64,000 nt of DNA. Source: an uncultured Verrucomicrobiae bacterium. GTDB lineage: Bacteria > Verrucomicrobiota > Verrucomicrobiia > Limisphaerales > JAFGQR01. The position numbers and the translations under genes were made by a program. The first letter of the stretch is position 1. Each line of letters begins with the position of its first letter. The notes under the pieces are model-generated. The model did no database searches, had not been told where the DNA came from, and was given only the letters and a program-made list of their open reading frames with translations. Shown one piece after another: positions 9,651 through 19,960 of this stretch. Location of the stretch: contig CAWBHS010000002.1 of NCBI GenBank assembly GCA_963788655.1, forward strand, positions 8,673 to 72,672, read 5' to 3'.

Positions 9651-10487
9651 GTGGAGACGGTTAAAGTCAAACTCACGATTGCTTACGAGGGCACGCAGTA
9701 TCAGGGCTGGCAGGTGCAGAAGGTCGGTCTGGGCGTGCAGCAGAAGGTCGAGGAAGCGCTGGGCCACCTGTTCCCCTCGGTCAAACGCATCTACAGTTCC
9801 AGCCGCACGGACACTGGCGTGCATGCTTTGGGCATGGTCGTGGACTTTAATATCCCCCGCCCGGAATTGAAGATGTCCTTGGGGAAGCTTCCCCTGGCGA
9901 TCAATGCCTGGCTGCCGGATGACATCCGCGTGCTGGCCGCCCAACGGGTTGCCCACGATTTTCACGCCCGCTTCGATGCCGCCGGCAAACAGTATCGCTA
10001 TTATACTTGGAACCACGCGGTAATGAACCCCTTGCAGCGCCACCAAGCCTGGCACGTACCGGTGAAGCTGGACGTGCCGGCCATGCGCCGCGCCGCCAGG
10101 ATTTTGGTCGGGCGCCATGATTTTCGCTCGTTTGCCGCCCTGCACCATTATCCGGTCGCCGACACGGTGCGCACCCTGACCCGCTGCGATTTGAAGAAGA
10201 GCGGTGCCTTGTTGACCTTCGTCATCGAAGGCGAGGGCTTCCTCTACAAAATGTGCCGCGGCATTGTGGGAACCCTGGTCCAACTCGGCCGCGGCCGGTT
10301 CAATGAGGAAGACCTCCAACGCATGCTCGCGGCCAAGGACCGTCGGCAAGCCGGAATGTCCGCTCCGGCGCACGGATTGGTTTTGTGGAAGGTGTTTTAT
10401 CGGAAGAAGTCAGCGATCCCCCGGCAACCGTCCACCGCCAAGCGTCAGCCCACAACTTCCAGCAATGCCGGAGGCTTAAAGCGATGA
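9651..10487 (+). CDS. truA: tRNA pseudouridine(38-40) synthase
   Basis: IAYEGTQYQGWQ, SRTDTGVHA, FHARFDA..KQYRY, GFLYKMCR, APAHGL. Confidence 0.95.
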   Translation: METVKVKLTIAYEGTQYQGWQVQKVGLGVQQKVEEALGHLFPSVKRIYSSSRTDTGVHALGMVVDFNIPRPELKMSLGKLPLAINAWLPDDIRVLAAQRVAHDFHARFDAAGKQYRYYTWNHAVMNPLQRHQAWHVPVKLDVPAMRRAARILVGRHDFRSFAALHHYPVADTVRTLTRCDLKKSGALLTFVIEGEGFLYKMCRGIVGTLVQLGRGRFNEEDLQRMLAAKDRRQAGMSAPAHGLVLWKVFYRKKSAIPRQPSTAKRQPTTSSNAGGLKR

Positions 10488-10638
10488 ACGGCACCAAGCC
10501 AGAGTTGTTCAACCGGCGCGCATGCGAATCGCGGCGTTATCAACTGCGAGCGCCCTTCCACGCTTCATTGCCGATCGACGTATCCCCAACCAGGCGGTGA
10601 CAGCCACCATGCATCCAAGGGACAAGGCGGGTTCGATA

Positions 10639-10680
10639 GTTCTTCCCTCTCCTTGGGGAGCGGGCCAGGGTGAGGGGAAC
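10639..10680. repeat. REP, CCCTCTCC...GGGTGAGGGG family
   Basis: Same motif occurs as a doublet at 22175-22215 / 22335-22377. Confidence 0.65.
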
Positions 10681-10815
10681 CGCCGGCGCCAACCGTTCAA
10701 TGGCGATCAAGCTTCCGGTTACTGTCCAAGCCTGGGAGTCCTTCGGCAAAGGCGGAGGTTTTCCTTCCGAATGATCGTTCAAAGGCGCCCGAAACGGTGC
10801 CAATTTTAAGCCACG

Positions 10816-11280
10816 ATGCATCTTGTTCTCCTCGAGCCTGAAATTCCACCGAACACCGGCAATGTGGCGCGCTTGTGTGCCGCCACCCGGACGACGCTGC
10901 ACTTGATCGAACCGTTCGGATTTCGGCTCGAGGACAAAGACCTCAAGCGCGCCGGCATGGACTATTGGCAGCAAGTGGAGTGGCGTCGCTGGCCCAATTG
11001 GCAGGCTTTCCACGAACATCTGCCAAACGGAACCACGCTGTGGTTCGTGGAATCCGGCGGCCCCCGGCACTACGCCGAGGTTCGCTACCTGCCCACGGAT
11101 TACTTGGTGTTCGGACGGGAAACGGCCGGCTTACCGAAGACGCTGCTGGCGGACAACCGCGAGCATTGGGTGCGCATTCCGATGTTCAACCCGAACTCGC
11201 GTTCGCTCAATCTGTCCAATTGCGCAGCCCTGGTTCTTTTTGAAGCCCTGCGGCAGCAAGGATTCGTCGGCGAAATCTGA
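10816..11280 (+). CDS. trmL: tRNA (cytidine/uridine-34 2'-O)-methyltransferase
   Basis: PEIPPNTGN, LKRAGMDYW, VFGRETAGLP, RIPM...RSLNLSN (SPOUT family). Confidence 0.95.
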   Translation: MHLVLLEPEIPPNTGNVARLCAATRTTLHLIEPFGFRLEDKDLKRAGMDYWQQVEWRRWPNWQAFHEHLPNGTTLWFVESGGPRHYAEVRYLPTDYLVFGRETAGLPKTLLADNREHWVRIPMFNPNSRSLNLSNCAALVLFEALRQQGFVGEI

Positions 11281-11324
11281 GTCTGCGTTTACCCGAGACC
11301 GCGCCGCTTCGCCGTGACTATTCC

Positions 11325-11457
11325 GTAGGACAGGCGTCCCGCCGGTCCCGAACGGGTGCAAACCAACAACTTGTATCACGGCGCCGTGAGTCTTTCTATG
11401 TCACCAAACGGTGAGGATGTCTTGGGCAATTCGAGACAGGCGAGACGCCTGTCCTAC
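11325..11457. repeat. GTAG-type REP doublet (GTAGGACAGGCGTC..)
   Basis: 11325-11350 and inverted 11432-11457. Second doublet at 54425-54614. Confidence 0.8.
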
Positions 11458-11523
11458 CACGCCGAACTGCCTCATCGTAGCATCAGCCACTGAATTGATG
11501 CGGCCAAGAGGGACGGGCCTCGG

Positions 11524-14356
11524 TTACTTGGTTGTCGCGAATGGATCTTTGGTTCCGGCTTTAAGGAAGCGCGCCATGCCCCACACAGCATGGTCATACG
11601 CATAACCATCCCCGCCGTTGAGGACGCGCAGGATGATTTCCTTCGCTCCGGTAACCTCCACCGCCAAATCGTGAAGCTGTTTCGGACGCATGACCGGACT
11701 TGCCGCTTTCTTCTGTCCATCGACGAGCACCTGGAATTGGACGCTGCCTTTTTTGCCCAGGTCATCCAGTCCGACGGAAGCTTTGAAGACCGAAAAATTT
11801 CGACCACCGATTTCGAACACAATATCCGCCGGGTTGGCGTCGTTGAATGCGTGTGTCCAGAGCCCCTTTTCCAGTTGCTGCCCGTTGGTCTTTATTGGAT
11901 TTCCGTCGAGGTTCTGGTCTCGGCGAACCGCTCCGCCGGCACCAAGAGTGGCTTTGGTCCACGGCAGGTCCGATGCAAACGTCACTCCTTGCGCGAGGAT
12001 GTCCGGAGTGGTGAATTTCTTCATCGAGCCGTGGTTTGTTGTTATTCCGCCCGGTGCGATGGCTTCGACTTTCCAATAAAACGTGCGGTTGGGTGGAAGT
12101 TTGGGAACCAGGAACGGCGGTGCGATGACCATCTCGAATGCAATCACCGAAGCAAACTCGGGCGTCTCCGCAACCGTCACCCGGTAACGCTGGGCGTTCT
12201 GGCTGGTTTCCCAATTCAGTTCCGCCGAAACATGAGCCAAGTAGCTGGTAGTCTTCACTGGATTCAAACTGAAATCCTCCGCGGCTTTGAATTCATCCGG
12301 TCTGCCATGCGCAGTGTCCTGAAGGAAGATGATGTCGCTCGTGTGCGGTTGCGGCAGACCAATGGTCAGTCCCGGTTGCATCAGGTCGGTACCGGCTTGT
12401 TCGTGCGGTGAAATGGAGCAGTCCTCACCCCAGAGCCAATACGTTGCCTCCGCTTTCAAGCCCTTCAATCGAACGGTGCAAGTGTTGTCTGGGCTGTCGG
12501 GACGGAAAACATAAATCGCACCTTTCCCCGAAATCGGATCGAAGTATTCCATGCCGTCCCACACCTTGTCATCCGGACGCGGAAAGATGTGATAGAGATT
12601 GGCCGTGCGAATCAGCGGCCGGAGCCGGGTTTTGTAGGTGTTCACCGCGTCTTTGATGAGCGCCTTTTGGCGCGCGCTCCATCCCGGGCCGCCGTTGCCA
12701 CCGTTCGGTGCGTCCGGATGCCAATAAGCGGCCCCCATCGAGCTCGACCGAAATTCATAGACCGAACCGGTGGCCTGCCATTCCGCCCAGGAACCACATA
12801 GCGCCGCCAGTTGCATGGGATGGAGCGCAAAGGTCGAATCGTAAAACGATTGCCGGCAATCAATCGGGTAATACCGATCCTGGTTCTGGATCTTGAGGCA
12901 GCGCTTCAAGATGCCGTAGTCCTTGATGCGCCCGCCGCCGGAGCAGTTCTCCAAGGAGAAATTCGGGATGGCAGCATACAATGAATCAATGACCTCGTAA
13001 TATCCCTTGGTCTGCCAATAGCCAACGTCTTCCGGATAATGGGCGCGAGTGCCGGGACCGTAGCCGCCGGTCTGGAGAACATTGCCGGCCGTGCCGTCGG
13101 AACGAAAGAAGTCGATATGGAACTGCTCATAGAGCGCCTGGACATCATCCTGCCGATGCTTGATTCCGTCGAGCGTCGTCATTGACGGGTTGCAATTCCA
13201 GTAGAGCCCGAAGCGCATGCCGCGCTTGTGCGCGCAATCCCGCGCGGCAAGAATTCCGGAAGGCCAATCCACAGAGTCGCCCACCGGTGGGTGCGGTTGA
13301 TGAGTGGTGTCGCCCTGCCACCAGCCGACATCCAGCACAACTTCCTCGAATCCCAACGGCGCGATGGCATCAATGAGCGGATAATACTTGGTCTCGGTGG
13401 AATCCCAACTCCCCTGCCCTTTGCCAGTGGCGGCGAACGCATTCCACTCGACCTTCGGATAACGCCGGATCGTTTTTCAGGATCGCCGGCATGGAATAGT
13501 TGAACAGGAATTTGCGCAGGCTGTTGCCGGCATCATCCAAATCGCCTTGATACGCGCCAATGAACGCCGGCGGCACGGCAAAGGTTTCGCCAGGCTCCAG
13601 GTCGGTTTTGAAGGTGTCGCCATTGCCCACCTTAAGGGAAGCACCGCTCGGCGCGTTATGGGCCGCAATGGTCATGCGCCCGAGACTCCATTCCCAACCG
13701 ACATAGACACCCTGCATGCCATTGGCGTCCACCACCGCGAACGGGATGAAGTTCTGCGCCTCGGAAAAGTGGAGTGACTTCAGGTAGCCAGCGGCGAGCT
13801 TGTCGTGATAAACACCCGTCGCATCCGGGATGCTTCCGTCGTCATTGATGTACCACACGCTGGTATCGGTGCCGGGACCAACGACACGGATGTCCAGGCT
13901 TTCCTGTTCGCTAATGGTGACAGTTTGAGCTGAGCAATTCCTGATGAACATCGTGTGTCGCACGGGGCCGGGGCCGGGCCGCGCCTGCCAAATCGAAGTC
14001 AATTCCAAGGCCGGATCGACGTTGGTGAAAGTGAGAATGATCTTGGTGCCATCGCCCTGCTCTTCCTTGCCGGTCAAATACCGCCAGTTCAGAGCGTGTT
14101 GGACACCCCGCACGCTTGCATGGGACATCAGCGAAAATGGCGAAGGGGAGACTGTCCAATTCCAACCGGCCGGACCGCTGAGTTCGTAAAGGCAAAGCCC
14201 ACGGTCCGCCCCAGCGCCAACGACCAGCGTGGTGTCGGCGGTCTTTAACGTCCAGCGCGCGGGCGAAGGGTCGGAGGCATCCGCCGCCTGATCCGCCGCG
14301 GCCGCTTGCATAGTGATGGTTGGAATCAGAGACAGGACTAAGCTGCGGAGAATCAT
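11524..14356 (-). CDS. Secreted alpha-galactosidase (GH36/melibiase-like) with C-terminal NPCBM domain (frameshift about 13462)
   Basis: Signal peptide; VVLDVGW, FGLYW, FFRSD, ENCSGGGR. NPCBM segment F.ASVGLDD...GSVQFQVLVDG...DHAVWG. Confidence 0.85.
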
Positions 14357-14479
14357 AGTTTGGCGGACACGTCATGGTTGACATCAAGGATTTCCAAATT
14401 GCCGACTCATGCATCGGATCGAGACGGCTAAATGCGTGAGGAAGTATTTACTGCCAACAAATTGATTCTGGCAAGTGGG

Positions 14480-14553
14480 TTGACCACGGATTGCAGGGAT
14501 AACACGGATGCAGGAATTCATTCCTATCTGTGTTATCCGGGCAACCCGTGGTC
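14480..14553. repeat. ACCACGGAT-family palindromic repeat doublet
   Basis: ACCACGGATTGCAGGGATAACACGGAT / ATCTGTGTTATCCGGGCAACCCGTGGT. Relative at 19054-19177. Confidence 0.7.
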
Positions 14554-15003
14554 TCAACTTCGCGGAAGAACGGTTACTTCTGGGAACGAACATGCTTACG
14601 GTTAGTTGCCTTTCGGAGCTTTGGCCGGCTCGTTTCGCGGGTTTTGGTTCGAACTTGGCCAGGATCTCCAGTGCAAACTCACATTGTTCCGGAAGCAATG
14701 TAACCGGAGGTTTCGAATCCATAACTGCCCAGTGCGAGCAAATTGATACACCTTGGTCAGAGGACGACGGAACGTTTCTTCGAACCATGGATGACCAATC
14801 CCTTGGAAGAACTCAAGAATGTGCGACCAATGGAGTTCAGGTGCTTGGAAGTATCCCGTCCGGACACCATGGCATGGAAACTGCCCAAACATTGACATCA
14901 CGAAAGAAGTTGAGACGCATTCTGAGCGCGCCGGTCTTGTACGGCGTAGACAATAGAAATGGCATGTAGTCTCAACCGCAAAACAACGCTGGTTCCCAAA
15001 AGC

Positions 15004-16857
15004 ATGAAGTCTCAACCTGAGCCGAACTGTTCCTCGCCAGTGCTCGATCACTTGGCGCAACTCCACCAGGAACATCGCGGCGTCACCGATGGCCGCGTCG
15101 CGGACTACATTCCCGAATTGGCCAAGGCCGATCCCAATTGGTTTGGGATTTGCCTGGCCACGACGACGGGTGCGGTTTACGAAGTGGGCGATTCCCGGCA
15201 GCCGTTCACGATCCAATCCATTTCCAAACCGTTCGTCTATGGGCTGGCCCTGGAAGACCAGGGACGCGCGCCCGTCCTGGAAAAGGTCGGCGTGGAGCCC
15301 ACCGGTGATGCCTTCAATTCGATCAGTCTCGATCCCGGCACGGGGCGCCCCCGGAATCCGATGATCAATGCCGGCGCCATTGCCACCGCCGGTTTGATTG
15401 CCGGCAAAACGCCGGCGATCAAGCTGCAACGATTGCTGGACCAGTTCGGGCTTTATGCCGGGCGCTCCTTGAGCCTCGACGAAGCGGTGTATCGCTCGGA
15501 AAGCCAGACCGGCCACCGAAACCGCGCCATCGGCCACATGCTCCGGAATTTCAACATCCTGACCGACGATCCCACGCCGGTAGTGGAACTCTATTTCCAG
15601 CAATGCTCGATTGCCGTCACCTGCCGCGATCTGGCCCTGATGGCGGCAACGCTGGCCAACCGCGGCATCAATCCAGTAACGGGGAAGCAGTCGATTCGCG
15701 GCGAATACGTGGAGAGCGTGCTCAGCATCATGGGCTCCTGCGGCATGTACGATTTTGCCGGCGAATGGATTTACCGCATCGGCATGCCGGCCAAAAGCGG
15801 CGTGGGTGGCGGGATCATCGCGGTGCTGCCGGGGCAACTCGGCTTGGGCGTCTTCTCGCCGCCGTTGGATGAGCACGGTAACAGCGTGCGAGGCATCCGG
15901 GTTTGCCATGATTTGTCACGGCATCTTGACCTGCACCTGTTCAACCATCCCAGCGCGGGCCGTTCCGCCATTCGTCTGAAGTTCACTGGGGCAGAGCGCA
16001 ATTCCAATCGCGTGCGCACGCCGGAAGAAAGCCGCGCGTTGCGGGAATGCGGCGGGAGCATCCACGTGTATCAATTCCAAGGCAACCTGGGGTTTGCCAC
16101 CACCGAAACCATCGTACGCGAAATTCTCGAACACCTGGAGGCCACCGAACATCTGGTGCTGGATTTCAAGCGAGTGCTGGACGTGAACGACAGCGCCTGC
16201 CGTTTGTTTTACGAGCTGCTCATCAAATTCAACAAGTTGGGCAAAACCCTCCTCTTCATCCACACCGGCCATCTGCCGTTGTTGCGGCGCGTCATGAAGG
16301 CCAAGTTGGGAGCGCGTTGTGCGGAATTGTTTCGCCAGCTCGAGGACAACGATCCAGCCCTCGAATGGTGCGAAGACCGACTGCTGGAGGCCACGCTGCC
16401 CGGGCACATTTCCAATGGCCGGGCCAAGCCCACCGAATACGAACTGTTCCAGGGCCTGAGCCCGGAAGAACTCGAGGTGGTCACAAGCCACTTGCAGCGT
16501 CGCCGTTACCAACGGAGCGGAGTGCTCATGAACGTGGGTGATGAAGCACGCGACCTGTTCTTCGTCGTGTGCGGAAGCGTCAGCGTGCTGGTCAATCTGG
16601 CCTCCGGTGCACGCAAACGGCTGGCGACGTTTTCCGCGGGCATGGCCTTCGGGGAAATGGCGATCATCGACCGGGCGCCCCGTTCCGCCACCATCGTCGC
16701 CGACACGGAAGTCGAATGCGACTTGCTCGCGCTCGACGCGTTCGAGGGTCTGGGAAAATCGCATCCGGAAATTCGGATCAAATTGCTCGAAAACCTCAGT
16801 CTTGGCTTGTGCCGCAAACTCCGGAAAGCTAATCGCGAACTCAGCGTGTTTGATTGA
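15004..16857 (+). CDS. glsA: Glutaminase A fused to STAS and cyclic-nucleotide-binding domains
   Basis: ADYIPELA, FTIQSISKP, NPMINAGAI, CGMYD, PAKSGVGGG. STAS-like LVLDFKRVLDVND. cNMP motif FGEMAII..APRSATIVA. Confidence 0.9.
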   Translation: MKSQPEPNCSSPVLDHLAQLHQEHRGVTDGRVADYIPELAKADPNWFGICLATTTGAVYEVGDSRQPFTIQSISKPFVYGLALEDQGRAPVLEKVGVEPTGDAFNSISLDPGTGRPRNPMINAGAIATAGLIAGKTPAIKLQRLLDQFGLYAGRSLSLDEAVYRSESQTGHRNRAIGHMLRNFNILTDDPTPVVELYFQQCSIAVTCRDLALMAATLANRGINPVTGKQSIRGEYVESVLSIMGSCGMYDFAGEWIYRIGMPAKSGVGGGIIAVLPGQLGLGVFSPPLDEHGNSVRGIRVCHDLSRHLDLHLFNHPSAGRSAIRLKFTGAERNSNRVRTPEESRALRECGGSIHVYQFQGNLGFATTETIVREILEHLEATEHLVLDFKRVLDVNDSACRLFYELLIKFNKLGKTLLFIHTGHLPLLRRVMKAKLGARCAELFRQLEDNDPALEWCEDRLLEATLPGHISNGRAKPTEYELFQGLSPEELEVVTSHLQRRRYQRSGVLMNVGDEARDLFFVVCGSVSVLVNLASGARKRLATFSAGMAFGEMAIIDRAPRSATIVADTEVECDLLALDAFEGLGKSHPEIRIKLLENLSLGLCRKLRKANRELSVFD

Positions 16858-16867
16858 GCTGCCTGAA

Positions 16868-18940
16868 TTACTGGACGCCAATCCGATAGAAAGCGACCGC
16901 GCCTTGCCGCGCCGCCGAAGCCCGGTAAGCAGAAGCGGAAAGCGGTTGAAACGTCGCACTCGCATCCACCCGCCAGGGACCTTGGGGAGCGGGTGCCCAT
17001 TCCACCGAAAAACTTTGCGGCGCGCCTTGGACGATTGTGAAGTCCAACAGGATCCGGTCGCCCGAGAAGACGGGCGCGGCGTTCATGCGGATAACCGATG
17101 GCACTTCGCTCGAGGCCTGGACGACGACCAGCGGCCCCCAATCCAGTTGGCGCTCGCCCACCTGCGCCCGCACGCGCAGACCATATTCGGTGGCCGCCAG
17201 AGGACGAAAACTAAAGGTGGTATCCGTGGTCGCTGGACTGACGACCGGATCGAGCAGTTCTTCCGCGCCACTGACAGAAACGTCGTCGAAATAAAAGCCG
17301 ACTCCGGAGCTGGTCTGATAATAATATGAACCGCCCGTGTACTCGTAGAGAAAGCGCACCTCAAGTTCCTGTCCGGCATAGGCGGTCAACGATATGCTGC
17401 TCTGGACGAAGCTCCCCTGGCCACTGGAACCCGTGCCCGAGCGCGTGAACACATCCGTCCAATCCGCGCCCCCATTGGTGGACACCTGCGCCCGCGCCAC
17501 CTGGCCCGCCCCGGCCCAGCCCAGGCGGCTGGAGAAGGTCAGCTCGCTGCCCGGCCCCGGCCGGATGCGATGATTCAAGCGCACCTCTTGATTTGCTGGT
17601 TGTGGATGTGCCAGATGAAAGGATGCGCCGCCGGAGGCATGGACGCCGGTATCGATCACCGAATAACCGCTGGAGGCGGACACGGCCACGTTACCCAATC
17701 CGGCTTCAGCGCCCTCGACCCAGTCACAGGCCTCGAGTTGCGCATACTCCCATTGATAGCCCGAAGCGGCGCCCACTTCGGTAAAGGCATACTCGTTTTC
17801 CACTCCGACCATGGCAGGATTGGGACCGGAGATGGTCGGCGGTTCGTACGCGAGCACGCAATCCACTTTCACATTTTGCCCACCGTTGACGGCAATGGAT
17901 TGTTCGCTGGTCGCAAGCCCGGAAGACGTGAAGCGCACGAGATAACTGCCATTGCCCGGGACGGGCACCGCGTAGCCGCCGCTCGCGGTAGAAATCGCGT
18001 AATAGTCCGAACCATCCACGTCCACCTGCACGCCCGCAAGACCTTCCCCCAGGTCGTAGCCACCGTTCTGATTGAAATCGTAATACACAACGCCGGTGAC
18101 CAGTGGTGACTGGCCGGAACGTGCGCTGAAATCCTGGGTGACGATCTGCGGGCCGACACTGCCGCTGGAGCCATTGACAATCCCGATTCCGACTTCCCGA
18201 TACGCAGCATTATGGATATTGACGCGGTGCCCCGGAGGATTTTGCATGCCGCCCACCGAACCGCCCCAGTCCACTTCGAAGCCCGCGTGTCCGTGCCTCA
18301 CGGACTTGGCGTACGCAAATACGTTTTCTCCGTACCGATTCCAGTTGTAACCCTGGGCCGTAATGCGGTCACCCGGACTGCTACCGTCGGAGCCGAAGTG
18401 CCCCTGGAATTCGTTGGTCAATTGGTCGCCGCTGTGCAAACGCGCCGCCGCCTGCAACCGGGGATTCATGGCCAGCGGAGGGGCCGGCGCCAAGGCCGAA
18501 ATCTGCTGGACCATCAAGTTCAAATCCACCTGGAAATAGTCATACGCATTCAGCACCTCCGGATCGGTCAAATCACGCAACCAGACCGCTTGTGCAGCAG
18601 GATTGGCGCGCGCCCGATTGATATACTCCAGATACAATTGCTCTTCGTCCGTCGGCTCGCCAATCGAATAAAGCGTGGTCCCGGCAAATGCGGCCGGCTG
18701 TGAATTGGACACCAACGCTGGACTTTTAACAGGGAATTCCGCCTGAATCGCTGGTGGCGGCGCCTGTGGCTGGCTACCAGGCAGCACCGAAAGTTCTTCC
18801 TGACCGCGAGCGAATCCAATCGCATACGCAGAAATACCGAGGCAAATCAGTAACTGCCGGCGTCGCCTTCCCGGCCCGGTGCAGCCTGGCTTATTCGTGA
18901 AATTCAATTGGCCGCGTAATTCCAATAATGTCTCTCTCAT
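16868..18940 (-). CDS. Secreted CAP/SCP-domain multidomain protein
   Basis: YINRARANP, AARLHS, GENV, GHRVNI, EVGIG (CAP). VTGVVYYDFNQNG..D.GEG (SdrD-B-like). Jelly-roll region; C-terminus FYRIGVQ. Start could be 19024. Confidence 0.8.
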   Translation of the reverse strand: MRETLLELRGQLNFTNKPGCTGPGRRRRQLLICLGISAYAIGFARGQEELSVLPGSQPQAPPPAIQAEFPVKSPALVSNSQPAAFAGTTLYSIGEPTDEEQLYLEYINRARANPAAQAVWLRDLTDPEVLNAYDYFQVDLNLMVQQISALAPAPPLAMNPRLQAAARLHSGDQLTNEFQGHFGSDGSSPGDRITAQGYNWNRYGENVFAYAKSVRHGHAGFEVDWGGSVGGMQNPPGHRVNIHNAAYREVGIGIVNGSSGSVGPQIVTQDFSARSGQSPLVTGVVYYDFNQNGGYDLGEGLAGVQVDVDGSDYYAISTASGGYAVPVPGNGSYLVRFTSSGLATSEQSIAVNGGQNVKVDCVLAYEPPTISGPNPAMVGVENEYAFTEVGAASGYQWEYAQLEACDWVEGAEAGLGNVAVSASSGYSVIDTGVHASGGASFHLAHPQPANQEVRLNHRIRPGPGSELTFSSRLGWAGAGQVARAQVSTNGGADWTDVFTRSGTGSSGQGSFVQSSISLTAYAGQELEVRFLYEYTGGSYYYQTSSGVGFYFDDVSVSGAEELLDPVVSPATTDTTFSFRPLAATEYGLRVRAQVGERQLDWGPLVVVQASSEVPSVIRMNAAPVFSGDRILLDFTIVQGAPQSFSVEWAPAPQGPWRVDASATFQPLSASAYRASAARQGAVAFYRIGVQ

Positions 18941-19198
18941 GCTGTTGCTTACCGGATCGCGAATAGCAGCATGCGCGCCATTTTCAGAACCACCGGATCC
19001 AGTCCTATCCAGCGGTATCGACATGACACGGGCAAACTAACTGCAACGGTTGAAACCACGGACTGTCCGGATGACGTAGATAGAGCGGTTTATGCACTCA
19101 CATGCTGGGTTAGGGAATTCAAGATCTCTTGGCTGGCCAAGTCGTGGCCTCCGTGACATCCGGGCAAACCGTGGTCAATTCAAATCCCAACTCCCGGG

Positions 19199-19960
19199 TC
19201 ACGGTTTCGCGCTGAGTTTGGTTTGCCAGACGGCGACGGCCTTTTGGCGATTGGAAGGGCTTTCCCACGGATCCACGTTGAATTCATCTCCGAAACGCGA
19301 GCGCAGGAGATTGGCCACCGTAATTCGCGTAGCAAGGCGGGGATGATTCAGGCCGCCGAGCAACAGGGCGGGATGGTCATTGACCAAGTCCGTTAGCCGT
19401 TGCCGGGCCGCTTGTTGAATAGCGGTTTCGCGGGCGGCACAAAGGTCGAACAAATCTGTGGTGGCCGTCTTCAGTTCAGCGGGGTCATCGGCGTGCAAAC
19501 GTTGGTCAACTTTGATGAGCGTTTGCGTCAGGCGCAGCCGCCGGGCAACGGCTTCGCGCGCAACCACCAGACCGTTGGTCAACCAGGCCGTGAATTGGAC
19601 GTCGTCCTGGTATCCGGTGGCACTGATTACTTCGTCGCCCTGCGGCGTGAGAATCTTGAACGTGGGCACCGCGCGAACGTCCAGTTTCTCGGTTTGCCGC
19701 GCGAAGAGGTCGATGTCCAGGGCCACTTTGCTGTAGTCCTTCAACGCGTGCTGCACGGTCGGGTCGGGGAAAGTCGATTGCGCCATGCGCCGGCACGGCG
19801 CGCACCAACTGGCGGTGTAATACACCAACACGGGTTGTTCAAGCAGTTGCCCGGAGATGATGCCGGCGGTGAGATTGGTGAGCCAGCCAGCCGGGATTTC
19901 CGCGCGGCCTGACAGCGGCGTTAGCAACAGGAGAAGCGCGAGGTTGCGAATGGTTTTCAT
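19199..19960 (-). CDS. Exported thioredoxin-family protein with helical C-terminal extension
   Basis: Signal peptide MKTIRNLALLLLL; WCAPC; VRAVPT cis-Pro loop. ATGA overlap with upstream gene. Confidence 0.85.
   Translation of the reverse strand: MKTIRNLALLLLLTPLSGRAEIPAGWLTNLTAGIISGQLLEQPVLVYYTASWCAPCRRMAQSTFPDPTVQHALKDYSKVALDIDLFARQTEKLDVRAVPTFKILTPQGDEVISATGYQDDVQFTAWLTNGLVVAREAVARRLRLTQTLIKVDQRLHADDPAELKTATTDLFDLCAARETAIQQAARQRLTDLVNDHPALLLGGLNHPRLATRITVANLLRSRFGDEFNVDPWESPSNRQKAVAVWQTKLSAKP

Noticed and set aside
14384..14969. Small ORFs between GH36 and glutaminase
   Set aside because: They overlap a palindromic repeat and the divergent promoter region; no motif or RBS support.
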